NCBI RefSeq assembly: GCF_006345805.1
Contig: NC_043004.1
Coordinates: 54,126,001-54,190,000 of the forward strand
Direction of reading: 5' to 3'
Length of the DNA stretch: 64,000 nucleotides
Source of the DNA: Octopus sinensis
Taxonomy: Eukaryota
The first letter of the stretch is position 1. The number at the start of each line of letters is the position of its first letter. Below the pieces are notes generated by a model. The model was given only the letters and a program-made list of their open reading frames with translations, ran no database searches and was not told the origin of the DNA. Below are positions 1 to 12,699 of this stretch, piece after piece. The position numbers and the translations under genes were made by a program.

Positions 1-86
1 TGCTGTGATTTTTGCTACTAAGGTATCGGTTAAACTTTTGATTAATCTACTACAAGATTATTCATCTTTCTATTTCACATAATATA

Positions 87-125
<39 letters not shown>

Positions 126-467
126 GCATGTATTTATATACACACACACACATATATATATACATAGATAGATAGATACATACATACATACATACATACA
201 TACATGTATTTGTTCATGTATACATTCACAACAGACAGACAAACAAATCTTATTAAAAATGCATGACATATACAACAGACAATTGACGTTAAGTAATGGC
301 CCATCTGAGTACAACTTCCATCCTGTCAATATGAAAACAATGCATAATAAGCTATTGCTATTTAATAGGTCGTTCTTTTTCATTTTGATGAGAAATCATT
401 CGGTGTGCTACAGGAATAATTGGTTAAATATCGGTCAGTCAGTTTATGGAGGTGAAGTATAGCTATC

Positions 468-540
<73 letters not shown>

Positions 541-845
541 CATGATACAACAGTGGTTTGGGCAGCGGACTCGCGGTCGTAGGATCGCGGTTTCGATTCC
601 CAGACCGGGCGTTGTGAGTGTTTATTGAGCGAAAACACCTAAAGCTTCACGAGGCTCCGGCAGGGATGGTGGTGATCCCAGCTGTACTCTTTCGCCACAA
701 CTTTCTCTCACTCTTTCTTCTGTTGCCCTGCTCGCTTAGCCAACGGGGTGGCGTCATTTGAAGGCTAAAACAATGCGAAACGCATTGTGACCAGCCATGT
801 GTAGCAACATCTGATAGCCTGATTGGTCACGGTGATCACGGTGAT
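541..845 (+). mobile_element. tRNA-derived SINE (family A)
   Basis: tRNA-like head with A-box-like CAGTGGTT and B-box-like GGTTTCGATTCC; a second copy lies inverted at 27062-27305. Confidence 0.75.
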
Positions 846-1094
846 ATAGCATGATATTAGCTTTCAACAACCACAGCAGATATTGCTGTCCATGTAGAAA
901 TTTACATTTCAGACGAGGAGTCTGTGCGTCTGAGAATCGTCGCATACGGCGGTGGTTTGCATATATATATATTGCTTTTGTTATAACTACTATCATCTTT
1001 ATTTACAATCGTCATTGTACTTGCCAATACTATACTTTACATTCGTATCGTTATTTGTTTTTGCAGTATCAAAGTATCATCGTTAACATCATTG

Positions 1095-1625
1095 TTATTA
1101 TTGAGTGAAAGACCAGCGCATGCCATCAATGTGACACTGTGATACAAATTTAGGAAGCTCAATATACACATCATGACTACCTGCCTGGTAAGGGTACAAC
1201 AGACACATGCATTACAACCATAGGTGCGCGGCATTATGATTTCATATCAAGACAGCGAATGACTTTGCAGGTGTGGCACATTTAGAATTTTCTTCATGTC
1301 GAATAGCCCCATCCCCCTCAAAAGGTCCCTGAATAAAGTTTGTTTATGGATGATGAACGAAACACCCGTGTTTCCAGAAGTGAATTATTGAAATTCCACA
1401 GAATTCCTCTCAACTCATGGCTATGATGCTCCCCCACGTCTTCTGCTCATGATCAGAGTTGCACATGTCATCAGCCACTAAGGGATATGCTCAACTGGTT
1501 AAGGCCAAGCAACTGACAAGCAAATCTGTGGCAATGAACAGAATATTTGACGTAGTCTATCTTTTACACCAAGACAACTGTTCCAATCAGTTAAGATCAG
1601 ATCCATGTGAGCCAGCGGCTGGCAT
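1095..1625. mobile_element. Dispersed ~550-bp non-coding repeat, copy 1
   Basis: Colinear with 6333-6890 (shared blocks such as TGCCATCAA, GGCTATGATGCTCCCCCAC, CCAATCAGTTAAGATCAGA). Confidence 0.75.
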
Positions 1626-1961
1626 TATATGAATAGCTTTCGATCTTACTTGCTCTGGTTGATTCTGTAAGAGCGAACAGCAACCTCTTCTCGGAGGTCT
1701 CACAGTGTTTCTTTCAGCAAGTTATAAGCTTTGGTATTTGGATGTAAACTTATCGTGTATGACGTTCAACACCCAATCACCAATTACAAAATCCTAGTGT
1801 TTTTCCAATAGAGCAGTTTTTGGGACCTGCTCCCCTTTTGACGTTTTTGAAAACCAAACTTAGAACTATCATACAAAATGCAAAAATGCTATTCCACTTT
1901 TGATACTGACAAACTTAAATTATGTCTCCCCGATGTGAGTTCAGTAGTACATTTATTCACA

Positions 1962-2318
1962 CTATTATTCCCTCCGCCTTAGTGAAGGCGGAGGTATTGT
2001 TTTCAGTCGTGTTTGTTTGCACATTTGTCCGTGGACAAGGTATCTCAAGAACCGCTGGATGGAATCGGATGAAACTTTCAGGGATGTTTGGCCTCGTGAC
2101 TGGCACGAACGGATTAGATTTTGGGATCAAGAATTCTGGATAATTTTTTCTGTTTTTTTTTTACTTAATTTTTGAGAGCGGTCGGGTTCAATTTTAGTAT
2201 AATCGTTTGTGAGAGTAGTCGAGTTTATTTCAGATATTCTCATTTTAAAAATCATCTCTGGCTCATCGTTGAGCTGACGCTGGTGCTGCCTTTGTGGAGG
2301 TTTGCGTTCTCTGAGTGC
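1962..2318 (+). mobile_element. Non-autonomous Helentron/DINE-1-like (HINE) element
   Basis: Subterminal inverted motif CCTCCGCC...TGTGGAGG, GTTT short repeats, CGGATGAAACTTT core, 3' end GCGTTCTCTGAGTGCT. Confidence 0.6.
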
Positions 2319-2372
2319 TCATTATTATTGTTGTTGTTGTTGTTGTTGTTGTTGTTTTTGTAGTTGTTGTTG

Positions 2373-2416
<44 letters not shown>

Positions 2417-2511
2417 GTTATTATTGTTATTATCATCATCATCATCATCATCATCTCATCATCATCATCATCATTATTATTATTATTATTATTGTTATTA
2501 TTGTTATTATT

Positions 2512-2582
<71 letters not shown>

Positions 2583-2585
2583 CAT
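2318..2585. repeat. Compound (GTT)n/(ATT)n/(ATC)n microsatellite
   Basis: Direct reading. Confidence 0.97.
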
Positions 2586-2924
2586 AATCCTGGCTTCAAC
2601 TGATAAGACTCTAACGATTTTACTAGTTTTGATAATTTCTGATTTAGACACAAGAGAATCAATTAGTTTTCAATCTTCTATTCCAAAGCTAGGTTGATTC
2701 TGTAACGCCGTAATTCGTCAATGAAATCTAATAAAATACAATCATCGTTACAAAACATTGGGTTTACAATACGTCTGGGGTTGGACACAGCAATATAATC
2801 ATAAGCTGAAGTGTGAGAATATTCTACTATACATAAATTTAAAAGATAATTAGACATGAGAGAATTATAAAATAATATAAAAGAATGATTCCGACCTTAA
2901 ACAGCAGCGTAAATAAAAAATCCT

Positions 2925-3090
2925 TTCTTCTATTGGCCCAATGACTGACTTTTATGAAGATGGACTACATCGATATCAATACTCAACTGGTACTGATTTC
3001 CACGACAGCGGAATTTGAACTCAGCATATAAAAACGGACGAAATACAGTTTGTGCGACGTGCAAATGATTCTACCAGCTCACTACCTTCA
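2925..3090 (-). mobile_element. Degenerate SINE family B copy
   Basis: Reverse complement of the head GAGCTGGTAGAATC...CTGAGTTCAAATTCCGC seen in many copies in the window. Confidence 0.6.
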
Positions 3091-3525
3091 ATAACAATAA
3101 GAATGATAATAATAAAATTCGCTTCCGAATATATTTCGTCTAGGAATTTGAAAGATATTTTGATATATGTATCCACTCTGTTATCCTGTCATGTTAGTGC
3201 GAACTTCTCTGAAGTCGTTTTCTACATGTATTTTCATTGGGGTTGACTGCCCTATATTGAGGACGTTCTTATTTTTTTACCTACCATTTTTTAAACGAAG
3301 GTTTGTTCTTGGACCGAATATTTAACACAAATTAGTCAGATGCAGACGCTGGTTCCGACGATCGAGTTACAGGGTTCGTAATCACGAAGTGCCTCATCAA
3401 CATTTCGGTAATTGTACTGATTGTGGTCTGGAAACAGAAAGCAACCGGTTTGGAATATACTGCAAGGTAGTCTTCTTTAACTATCGAGTTTTCACTATAA
3501 AGAGTTTAACATATTCCAGTCCTTC

Positions 3526-3735
3526 CATATTTAAGAGATAAGGAATTATGTACATTATTTACATTATCTAAATTTGACTGATATTTGTCCTCGTCTTGTT
3601 TGTTGTTAAAACAACGTTTCGGCTGATATAACCTCCAGCCTTCATCAGGTATCTTAGGGAAATTTCGAACTTGGGTTCTCATTCCTAAGGTATTTTACGA
3701 TATTGTTGTTGTTATTGTTATTATTATTATTATTA

Positions 3736-3801
<66 letters not shown>

Positions 3802-3875
3802 TCACTGACAGGGATCAAACTCGGAATCTTGGGGTTGGTAGCCCGCGCACTTAACCTCTAAGCCAAATGCCCGTA
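3526..3875 (-). mobile_element. tRNA-headed SINE-like element with internal (AAT)n and a hammerhead motif
   Basis: Minus strand: TGGCTTAGAGGTTAAG (A box) ... GAGTTTGATCC (B-box-like), (AAT)n, then CTGATGA-A-GGCTG..CAGCC-GAAACGTT; possible degenerate 10-bp TSD CCAGTCCTTC (3516-3525) / CCGGTCTTTC (3876-3885). Confidence 0.7.
3608..3653 (-). ncRNA. Minimal type I hammerhead ribozyme motif
   Basis: GATAC-CTGATGA-A-GGCTG(GAGGTTATAT)CAGCC-GAAACGTT-GTTTT; palindromic AACGTT in place of helix III; one U-U mismatch in helix I. Confidence 0.65.
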
Positions 3876-4281
3876 CCGGTCTTTCTAGCGTAGTATTGAA
3901 ACTATTACGGAATGTCCGTATTATTTGGCCTCACACGTAGCGCACGTTCTAACTCGTCTGCATTCAGCCATTACACAAAGCTAGGTGCATCAATCTCTAC
4001 TCCAACCTTGCAGCAGTTCATGCTGGGAATTTGTTCTTTGGTCTCAGCAATAATTGTATCTTCAAACACACGTACACTTACACACAGCTCCCATACATTT
4101 ATACGTTCAAACACATGAATCAACGCGTTCCACCTAGTTAACTTCAAACACTAATACATATACTAGGAATAATTTATTTACAAGCAACACTATTATTCTT
4201 GCTTGCTATAAAATACTTTCACACACAGATGCACACATGTGCACACAGATGCACACTAAGCAAGTATTTAAACGCATCTAT

Positions 4282-4343
<62 letters not shown>

Positions 4344-4847
4344 TGTGTGTGTGGTGTGTGTGTGTGTGTATGTGTTATTTGTGTGTGTTTGTATAAATAA
4401 ACTATTTACTACAATGAATGGTATTCTAGGGATACTTACCACAGATTTAATGAGAAACAATAAACGTATATGAAAAACCTGACGTGAAATATCTCAGTTT
4501 CTTATTCCTAATTATGGAGCCTCTGATCTTAGGAGAATATCTGTTTGTTTGATGTCAAGTACCTCAGAGGGTACGCTTTCAATTTGTACAATTGCATATA
4601 ATTATAGCCTGTGGATTGCAACTAGAATTGCCATGTTGTTCCTAACAACTGTATCAATGATTCTAATGGTTTAAATGAGCAAGAATTACCCCTTTCGGAT
4701 TAGCAAACACATAAACACACACAAACACATATAACTATATATTTATATATTTATATATGGATCAGAGTTTGTCAATACGTTTAGTGAGCTAATGTGTGTG
4801 TGTGTATGTGTAAATGTATGTATTTCATACACATATATGCATGTGTT

Positions 4848-4884
<37 letters not shown>

Positions 4885-4984
4885 GTAACTAGAGAACGAC
4901 ATATTAGAATTTTACAGGCATCCTGCGATAATGAATATAACAAGATTCTATATAAAGCTAATACATAAATCAGCAGACATACAG

Positions 4985-4991
4985 ACAGACC

Positions 4992-5042
<51 letters not shown>

Positions 5043-5172
5043 GGATGGATGGATGGATGGATGGATGGATGGATGGATGGATGGATGGATGGATGGATGG
5101 ATGGATGGATGGATGGATGGATGGATGGATGGATAGATAGATGGATAGATAGATGGATGGATGGATGGATGG
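4985..5172. repeat. (GATA)n/(GGAT)n tetranucleotide array
   Basis: Direct reading. Confidence 0.97.
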
Positions 5173-6332
5173 TTGTGCGTGAGCGTTTTCAAAATTAGTT
5201 GTGTGTAGAAACTGGACATGCGGTTGATGATGATGAGCGGACATACGCCGTGCGTTCAATATTTCCAGCTTTTACTTCACGATGAGTAGGTGTGGTCAGT
5301 TCCACAGTTGATTCTTTGATGACTGTAGTCATGGATCAAGAGTCAAAGCAGTTGTTCCTGGCTCCAAATTCGTTGACAGGCGATCACAGACTTTAGGCAG
5401 TAGAGCAACACTGAGCGAAAGTCAACTTCGTGGTTCTACACAGTATTAGTAGCGTGCACGAACAGCATTTACAGAGAGACTCTGAGCGTCCACGAAAACA
5501 GGCTGGTTTGTTCCCGAGCATTATCGGGCTGGTTGGGGTAAGGAGCAAGGGTAATTTACAGAAATCTTTGGCGTAACAGTGCTACGGGGATTATTGCCGG
5601 TTCGAGATAAACAGTACCAGCGCATGAACACCGTCATTCCGTCATCCCCCACAGCCTAAGATTCGCACAGATCGATGGATCTTCTCAGTACGTACTCCTC
5701 CACTGCAAGAGCTATGGAGTTATGCTAAACACCTGTTATCGTGTGTATGATGGATTCCGTTATCGGCTGAGCCTATTTTGAAGATCACACTTCCGCCTTC
5801 ATTATGGCAGGGAAGTAGCGACAGTGTTTATCTAACTGATGACCATAAGCAAAAGAGGTTGCATGGTGAATCAAATTGAAAGGATTAAAGACACAAGATT
5901 TAAAGTTTGGTCAAACCCTCCCCAATTTTTTTTCAATGTCGCTTCTAGAGGAAACGGAAACGAAAGTGCTACCCTCTAGCAAATCAGTTGATTGAGGAGT
6001 ATGAGGTAAGGGCGCTCTCTTTAATGGTCAGGTGACAGTGTTTTTGTGGAGTTTCCAGGAGCAGCCATCTCAACACATGATTCACCCCACTGCTCTTATT
6101 GGTGATCAGTGAAGCTCATATCGTCAGCCACTAAGGAACATGCTCAACTGGTAAAGGTCAAGCGACAGACAAGCAAATGTGTGGTATTAATATCTACAAT
6201 TTTGTGTGAAACGTTTACCTCTCTTTCCTCCCTTACTACCCGAATATGTAAACACATCTTTTATTGCAACAACACAATTAAGTGCATGATAAAAACAAAT
6301 TAAGTAGGTAAGCGCAGGTCAATATTCTTATT

Positions 6333-6889
6333 ATTATTGAGTGAGAGAGCAGTGCATGCCATCAAAGTGACGCTGGGGTAAAATATACGAAGCCCAGTAT
6401 ACCCATCATGACTACCCGTCTGATAAGGGTATATTAGGCACATGCATCACAACCATATGTACGCGACATGGTGATCTCGTATCAAGATAAACAGCACATA
6501 ACCTTGCAGGTGGGAGCCCAGTTAGAATTTTCTTCTGGTCGAGTCGCCCATCCCGCTCAAAACGGCCCCTGAATAAGGGTTGTTTAAGGATGTTGAACGA
6601 AACACCCATGTTTCCAGTGGTGAATTATTCATACCCCAAAGAATCCCTCTCAACACATGGCTATGATGCTCCCCCACTACTTCTGCTCGTGATCAGAGAT
6701 GCATATATCGTCAGCCACTAAGGGACATGCTCAACTGATTAAGGTCAAACAACTGACGAGCAAATCTGTGGTATTGAGCAGAATATTTGCTGTAGCCCAT
6801 CTTTTATACCAAGACAAAAGAATGTACATGATAACACTTCCAATCAGTTAAGATCAGAAGCCATGAGACCCACTGCCTGGTACTGCATC

Positions 6890-6890
<1 letters not shown>
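6333..6890. mobile_element. Dispersed ~560-bp non-coding repeat, copy 2 (partial copy at ~6050-6190)
   Basis: Homologous to 1095-1625; bounded by TTATTATTATT on the left and a long (ATT)n tract on the right. Confidence 0.8.
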
Positions 6891-6950
<60 letters not shown>

Positions 6951-7318
6951 GTTGTTGTTGTTGTTGTTGTTATCATTATTATTATTATTAAAAGGCGAAC
7001 TGGCAGAATCGTTTAGACGATTGTAGTAGTAGTAGTAGCAGCAGCAGCAGCAGCAGCGGTAGTAGTAGTAGTAGTAGTCGTAGCAGCAGCAGCAGCAGTA
7101 GTAGTAGTAGCAGTAGTAGCAGCAGCAGCAGCAGTAGTAGTTGTTGTTGTTGTTGTTGTAGTAGTAGTAGTAGTAGTAGTAGCAGCAGCAGCAGCAGCAG
7201 CGGTAGTAGTAGTAGTAGTAGTCGTAGCAGCAGCAGCAGCAGTAGTAGTAGTAGCAGTAGTAGCAGCAGCAGCAGCAGTAGTAGTTGTTGTTGTTGTTGT
7301 AGTAGTAGTAGTAGTAGT

Positions 7319-7364
<46 letters not shown>

Positions 7365-7365
7365 C
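6890..7365. repeat. (ATT)n, a short SINE-B head remnant, then compound (GTA)/(GCA)/(GTT) array with an internal ~140-bp duplication
   Basis: Direct reading; AAGGCGAACTGGCAGAATCGTT at ~6992-7013. Confidence 0.9.
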
Positions 7366-8167
7366 TGGTAGTGTTGAAGAATTCATGGTTAAACTGAATG
7401 AATATCGACATTTTTCTTCGCAGCTGCCCACAAAATTGAAAATTATAAGTAAGTCATTCATTTTGTTATAACTGCGCTACTGTTATTTCCCTCACTCAAT
7501 ATGTGCATATACATACTTACCACTTGAATATCTTCTACTTTCCTCTCACCAAGATCGTCACTTCCAATCGGGGATCATAACAACTGTAGTGACTTTGCAG
7601 TTGTCACTAAAACATCAGTATTTTCTTTCTTTTTTGTTTCTCTTCTGATATGTAAATGTCATAGAGAAGAGGGTTTGGGAGAAGATCTCAACCGTTAGAA
7701 ATCGCACTTCTTAATGACACACTAATGGATGCACCTTGTATTACCATCAAATTCATTTTTACGTGTTTTTCCAAGATATCATATGCTGGACGTGGCTTTT
7801 TAAGGTAGGGAATTACGACCGGATATTCTTCTTGATGCCGACCATTCAACTCGTGTCTTGCGAAATGCAGGTCACACAGCCGTTCTGTACTGAAAGGTGG
7901 AGTAGATACATAAATATATGTGGCAGTGCCTAGAGTTTGGGGCTCGCAATTGTAAGCCTCTATGTTCGGTTCCAGTGTCGGTTAGGAGGCTGTGTGCTTG
8001 AATAATGATTCATACTTCCTTTTGTGTTGTCCCTGTTTAGCTAGCTCACCCAAGTACAGGTCACTCTCTCACTCTTTCTCTCTCTTGCTCCAGCCGTCAT
8101 TTCCTATATGGTCCGCTTCATGAAGTATAAACGAATATAGTATAAGATAATATATTGTTTTCTGAGA

Positions 8168-8372
8168 TGATGAGCTGGCAGAATAGTGAGCATGCCAAGC
8201 AAAATGCGTAGCGGCATTTCATCTGTCTTTCAAGTACAAGTTCTGCCGAGGTCGACTTTGCATTTCCTCCTTTCGAAGATGATAAAATATATTCCATTTC
8301 AGCACTGGGATCAATATAATCAATTTACCCGCACCCGAAATTTCTGGCCTCGTTCCAAAATATGAAACCAAT
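8168..8372 (+). mobile_element. SINE family B copy
   Basis: GAGCTGGCAGAAT head, GCCGAGGTCGACTTTGC...CCTTTCG body. Confidence 0.7.
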
Positions 8373-8700
8373 AGATAGTCATCTGAAATAATTAACGAGA
8401 GCATGGCCAACACTACCAAGTCATACACGTTTCTCAAGCACTTCTATACGCCTTGTGCCAAATTGCAACATTCAAGAAACTATTAGACCACTGATAAATA
8501 CACCTAATTCTCAAATGACATGTCAAAACACAACATCCCTCACACCAACCCATCATAGAGTTCCAGTAACCCAGAGGGACACTCACTAATTTATAGATAA
8601 TAAAACTGCATGTCTAGTTGGTCTTCTAAATTAGGTATGTTGTTAAATTGATCGTTTATTCAATTCATATCACCATTGAAAACTTCCACTCACTCCATCA

Positions 8701-8761
8701 TTGCCATGACCGGTTCCATAAAAGAGAAATTATATTTTATGGTCTGTTCATCAAATGGCAA
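8701..8761 (-). ncRNA. Degenerate hammerhead motif
   Basis: TTGCCAT-TTGATGA-...CCATAAAA/TTTTATGG...GAACCGGTC-ATGGCAA; perfect 7-bp helix I, GAAA box lacks one A. Confidence 0.5.
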
Positions 8762-9118
8762 CAGAAATAATTTTATGTTTTATATATACATATATAATAT
8801 ATATATATATATATATAATATATATACACACATAGATGGATAGATAGATAGAGAGAGGAGGGATAATAATATAATCATATATATATATATAAATACATAT
8901 ATACATATAATCATATATATATATATATACAAATACATATATATATATATATATATATATACATACACAAATACATATATATATATATATATATATACAC
9001 ACAAATACATATATATATATATATGATTTATTATTTATGATTTATATATATATATATACATAAATATATGTATATACGTATATGTACGTATATATTTATG
9101 TGTATAAATCTTTATATG

Positions 9119-9151
<33 letters not shown>

Positions 9152-9455
9152 TGAGAGATAACCACACTGTGAGAAACACAGACGGATGGATAGACATATA
9201 CATAGGCATGGTAATTAGGTGTGATAAAAGAATATAGCGCTCAAAACAAATTGACGACTACAACGCATGCATTGACATAAGGAGATGCACGCACACACGG
9301 ACAACTGCACATCTGTACATACACATTCGAGCATAAATGTAGAAGTCACCCTCTCAGTTCCATGTTCTCTTGTTTTCTCTCTCTATCAATTTCCCTCGTG
9401 TACATATATATATATACGAAAGAAGGTTTGAAAATGCAATGTAAAAGATGTTTAT

Positions 9456-9500
9456 TTACTTAACCGGTTTCACTCTTTGGTAAAAGATTGTCAAAAGTAA
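9456..9500 (-). ncRNA. Degenerate hammerhead motif
   Basis: TTACTT-TTGACAA-TCTTT(TACC)AAAGA-GT-GAAACCGGTT-AAGTAA; 6-bp helix I, palindromic ACCGGT, core mutated. Confidence 0.45.
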
Positions 9501-9605
9501 CATTGAATATTATGGGTTCAAAAAAGTTTTTTTACATAATTGTCACATTGAATATTATGAATTCAAAAATGTTTTTTTATACATAATTGTCACATATATA
9601 TATAT

Positions 9606-9637
<32 letters not shown>

Positions 9638-10025
9638 GTGTGTGTGTGTGTGTGTGTGTGTGTGGTGTGTTTGTGCGTGTGTATACACTTGGTCACGTAC
9701 CCGAGGCTTTTCCATTGGTTCTGTTCTCATAATTGTTTCGCTAATCCAATAACAACATTAAAACGGCTTTTGTACATTTACTGAGAATACCGAACTGTCT
9801 TACAAAGGACCTTGTTTTTAAGAATTCCCAATAAGTTATCAATACCCAAATTGTGGAGTCAGTTATGCAAAAACATGAAATTAGTTACCCGATAGTAAGA
9901 ATTCAAATAAAGAATCTTCCCAGAGTATCTAGAACATACGAGGAAATACTAATAAGGTATATATGCAAAAATCTTGATGCATGTTACATAATAACAGGCT
10001 AATCAAATATGAGATAGTAACAATT

Positions 10026-10850
10026 TGTTACGGGACCTCCGAAAGCTGTTACGGAATCCCACCTGCCGTCGCCCGTATCACCCGAACTAGGGATCCCAAC
10101 AAGTCGAGCGACGAGGATTGACCAGGCCCGATCGATCAAAAATTCCTCGCCACGGAACTCAGAGAGGAGAGAGACAACAACAACAACAACAGCAGCAGGA
10201 AGAGACACAGGGGCACAAAGAAATACAGCGGAAGGCAATTGGCTACGTTTAACCTACTAGTTTATAACACTTTATAATTGTTACATAAAATACATCAAGA
10301 TACAACCGCATTTAAAGATACAACCACATTTCCAGCCTTTATAACACATCAACAAGTCCTTTGCTCAATTCACATATCAATTCAACAATTCACGTACCGT
10401 TACATCAGCCAACGCCTCACATTGTGGTTCATCTCTATTAGCTGCCTAATCCTCTGTATATCCCTCTCTGTCACAGCAGAACAAACCATTACTAACTCGC
10501 TGTACAATCCCAACTGTTTACTCTCTCATGTCTGTCTGTCTCTCTCTCAGTACACTGTCACCAGCAGAACAGCCCTGCTAAACTGTCAACTGCTTGCCCT
10601 GAATCCCAAATGCCGACTGCTTGCCTTGTCTCTCTCTGCGCTTCCCTCTGCCGTAATCTCCCTCAGTTCTTTAATCTGTCTTCCTCAGCCCCTCAACATT
10701 TCTCTCACCGTCTCTCACAAACTGAACTCTAATTCACTTGAAAGGGTCGGGAGTTTCCCCAGAGCTAATTAATCAACCCGCATCTGGCAGAACAATGGAT
10801 TCATTGCCAAAAGTAGGTCGCCGGCTCTGTCCTTAAGTTGAACCACAACA
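10026..10850. mobile_element. Solo LTR (Gypsy-like by TSD length)
   Basis: TGTT...AACA termini and a 4-bp flanking duplication AATT (10022-10025, 10851-10854); GC-richer than flanks; no coding region. Confidence 0.6.
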
Positions 10851-10869
10851 AATTCGAAGTAAATAACTC

Positions 10870-11373
10870 TGAAAAGGGTTTTATGCGTTCTCAGAGAATA
10901 TTACCCTCAGGGGCGCTAGTGTTGGTGTATTCGTGAATATGTAACTAACCGAAATAAGTGGATCTATTGTTTAGGAAAATACTATTTACTTGTTTAAGGG
11001 CTGTACTTGATATATTGCGAAAATAACTCTAAATGTTCAAATACAAAGATATAAGCATTTTCAATATCAATTTTACCAAATAATTTAGGAAAATGAATGG
11101 GTTATTTCCCTTGGCTATATGAGGATCCCTTCCGTTGGCAAATGGGTTTTCCCCTTGGTTTATTAAAATAAAATATATTAGCTATTCATAAGCATCCCTT
11201 CCAGAGGCGCTATTATTGAAATGTTTCAATAATCTATGTATGTCATGCGGTTTCCAGACATGCGTTCTACTCACGTGTCAAGTTTCATCAAAATCGGTAA
11301 AACGATATAGGAGGGGTTAGCTAACAACACCACAAACACACTCACAGACAGAATTCCCCACATATGTAGTATA

Positions 11374-11375
<2 letters not shown>
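10870..11375 (-). mobile_element. DINE-1/HINE-like non-autonomous element
   Basis: Minus strand TATACTACATATGTGGGGAATTCTGTCTG...CCGATTTTGATGAAACTTGACAC. Confidence 0.5.
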
Positions 11376-11412
<37 letters not shown>

Positions 11413-11824
11413 TGTGTGTCTGTATATCGTATATGCGCTAAAACTTGATTTCGATTACCTGGCACAATCTGAGAACATTTGATTGTCAGCCAATGATGTT
11501 TCTGACACATTTCTTACTTTCTTAGTAAACAAGAAATACGAAAGTTAAAGTAAAAAAATACGAAAGTTAAAGTAACATATTTGAAAACAAAGTGTAAAAT
11601 GAACAAGAACAACATCGTCAAAAGCAGCTTAAGCAATACGAATGTATAAGGTCGTGGAAGGGAATAAACACTACGTGATAGCTATTTGTTTGTATAGATG
11701 TTATCTACACGGCGTTATGAGTGTTAAACTCAGTTTCATTTGTATCCACCTCCCTTCGCAAATAATATTTATTCAACTCAACCTATCTATCTATCTTTCT
11801 CACAGTCACACACAAACGCATACA

Positions 11825-11855
<31 letters not shown>

Positions 11856-11861
<6 letters not shown>

Positions 11862-12050
11862 TTTATTTAAAAGCAGCAGAAAATTCAACAAAACCTAGAA
11901 AAAACTGTCCGACGAACGGCAACGTGAAACTCAGAGTAACAGGTTTTGTTGAATTTTCTGCTGCTTTAAATAAAGCATATTACTCTACCACTGGCATTTG
12001 AGTACTCTTTTTTCCACCTTGTTTTACATTTATGTGTTTACTCCGGTATA
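11856..12050 (+). mobile_element. Penelope-like terminal (pLTR) fragment with 40-bp fold-back inverted repeat
   Basis: Arms 11856-11896 and 11941-11980, hammerhead between them, AT-rich repeats on both sides; related fragment inverted at ~18000-18105. Confidence 0.6.
11905..11942 (+). ncRNA. Minimal hammerhead motif
   Basis: CTGT-CCGACGA-ACG(GCAA)CGT-GAAACTC-A-GAGTA-ACAG; GNRA-capped helix II, U4C core variant. Confidence 0.6.
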
Positions 12051-12252
12051 TATATATACATATATACACGTTAACATTGAAGAGTGAGGGTGAGTACGGT
12101 ACACCGCATATGTGGGTTAATATTCTTTATTTGCAGTTTAAACAGACTACCATTGGTTTCATGGTGTGACAGATATCTCGCAGAAATTATTCTAGTCTGT
12201 CACATGGAACGTTGGTGTTCGTCTCCGCCTTGGATGAAAGTATACATATAAT

Positions 12253-12431
12253 ACGCGCTGGTGTGGCTGTGTAGTAAGAAATTTGCTTCCCAACCATATA
12301 GTTCTGGGTTCAGTCCCATCCCACTGCGTATCACTCTGAGAATATGCCTTCTACTATATCCTGGCACCGACCAAAGACTTGTGAATGGATTTGGTTGACA
12401 GAAAGAGAAATAATCCTGTTGTACATATACG

Positions 12432-12466
<35 letters not shown>

Positions 12467-12646
12467 CTGTGTGTGTGTCTGTGTGTGTGTGTGCGTGTGT
12501 GTGTGCGCGTGTGTATGTGTATGTGCATAAATATATGTATGTTTATATATGTGTCTGTGCTTGTCCACCACCACCACCACTTCACAACCAGTGTTGGTGT
12601 GTTTATGTCCCCGTAACTCAGCGGTTCGGCAAAACTCCGATAGAAT
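12253..12646 (+). mobile_element. tRNA-derived CORE-like SINE (family C) with internal (TA)/(TG) repeats
   Basis: GTGGCTGTGTAGTAAG head, GGGTTCAGTCCC B-box-like, tail CCCCGTAACTCAGCGGTTCGGCAAAA; other copies at 25.3, 31.0 and 53.0 kb. Confidence 0.8.
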
Positions 12647-12699
12647 TATTATTTTTGTACTTTGTTACATTGGTGACGCATAGTAATTTTTGTTCATTT

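Noticed and set aside
541-620. SINE heads as true tRNA genes (also 3798-3872, 25660-25733, 27230-27305)
   Set aside because: No complete cloverleaf; each continues into a SINE body
10278-10772. 164-aa ORF
   Set aside because: Lies inside the solo LTR; low-complexity Leu/Ser composition, no gag or pol motifs
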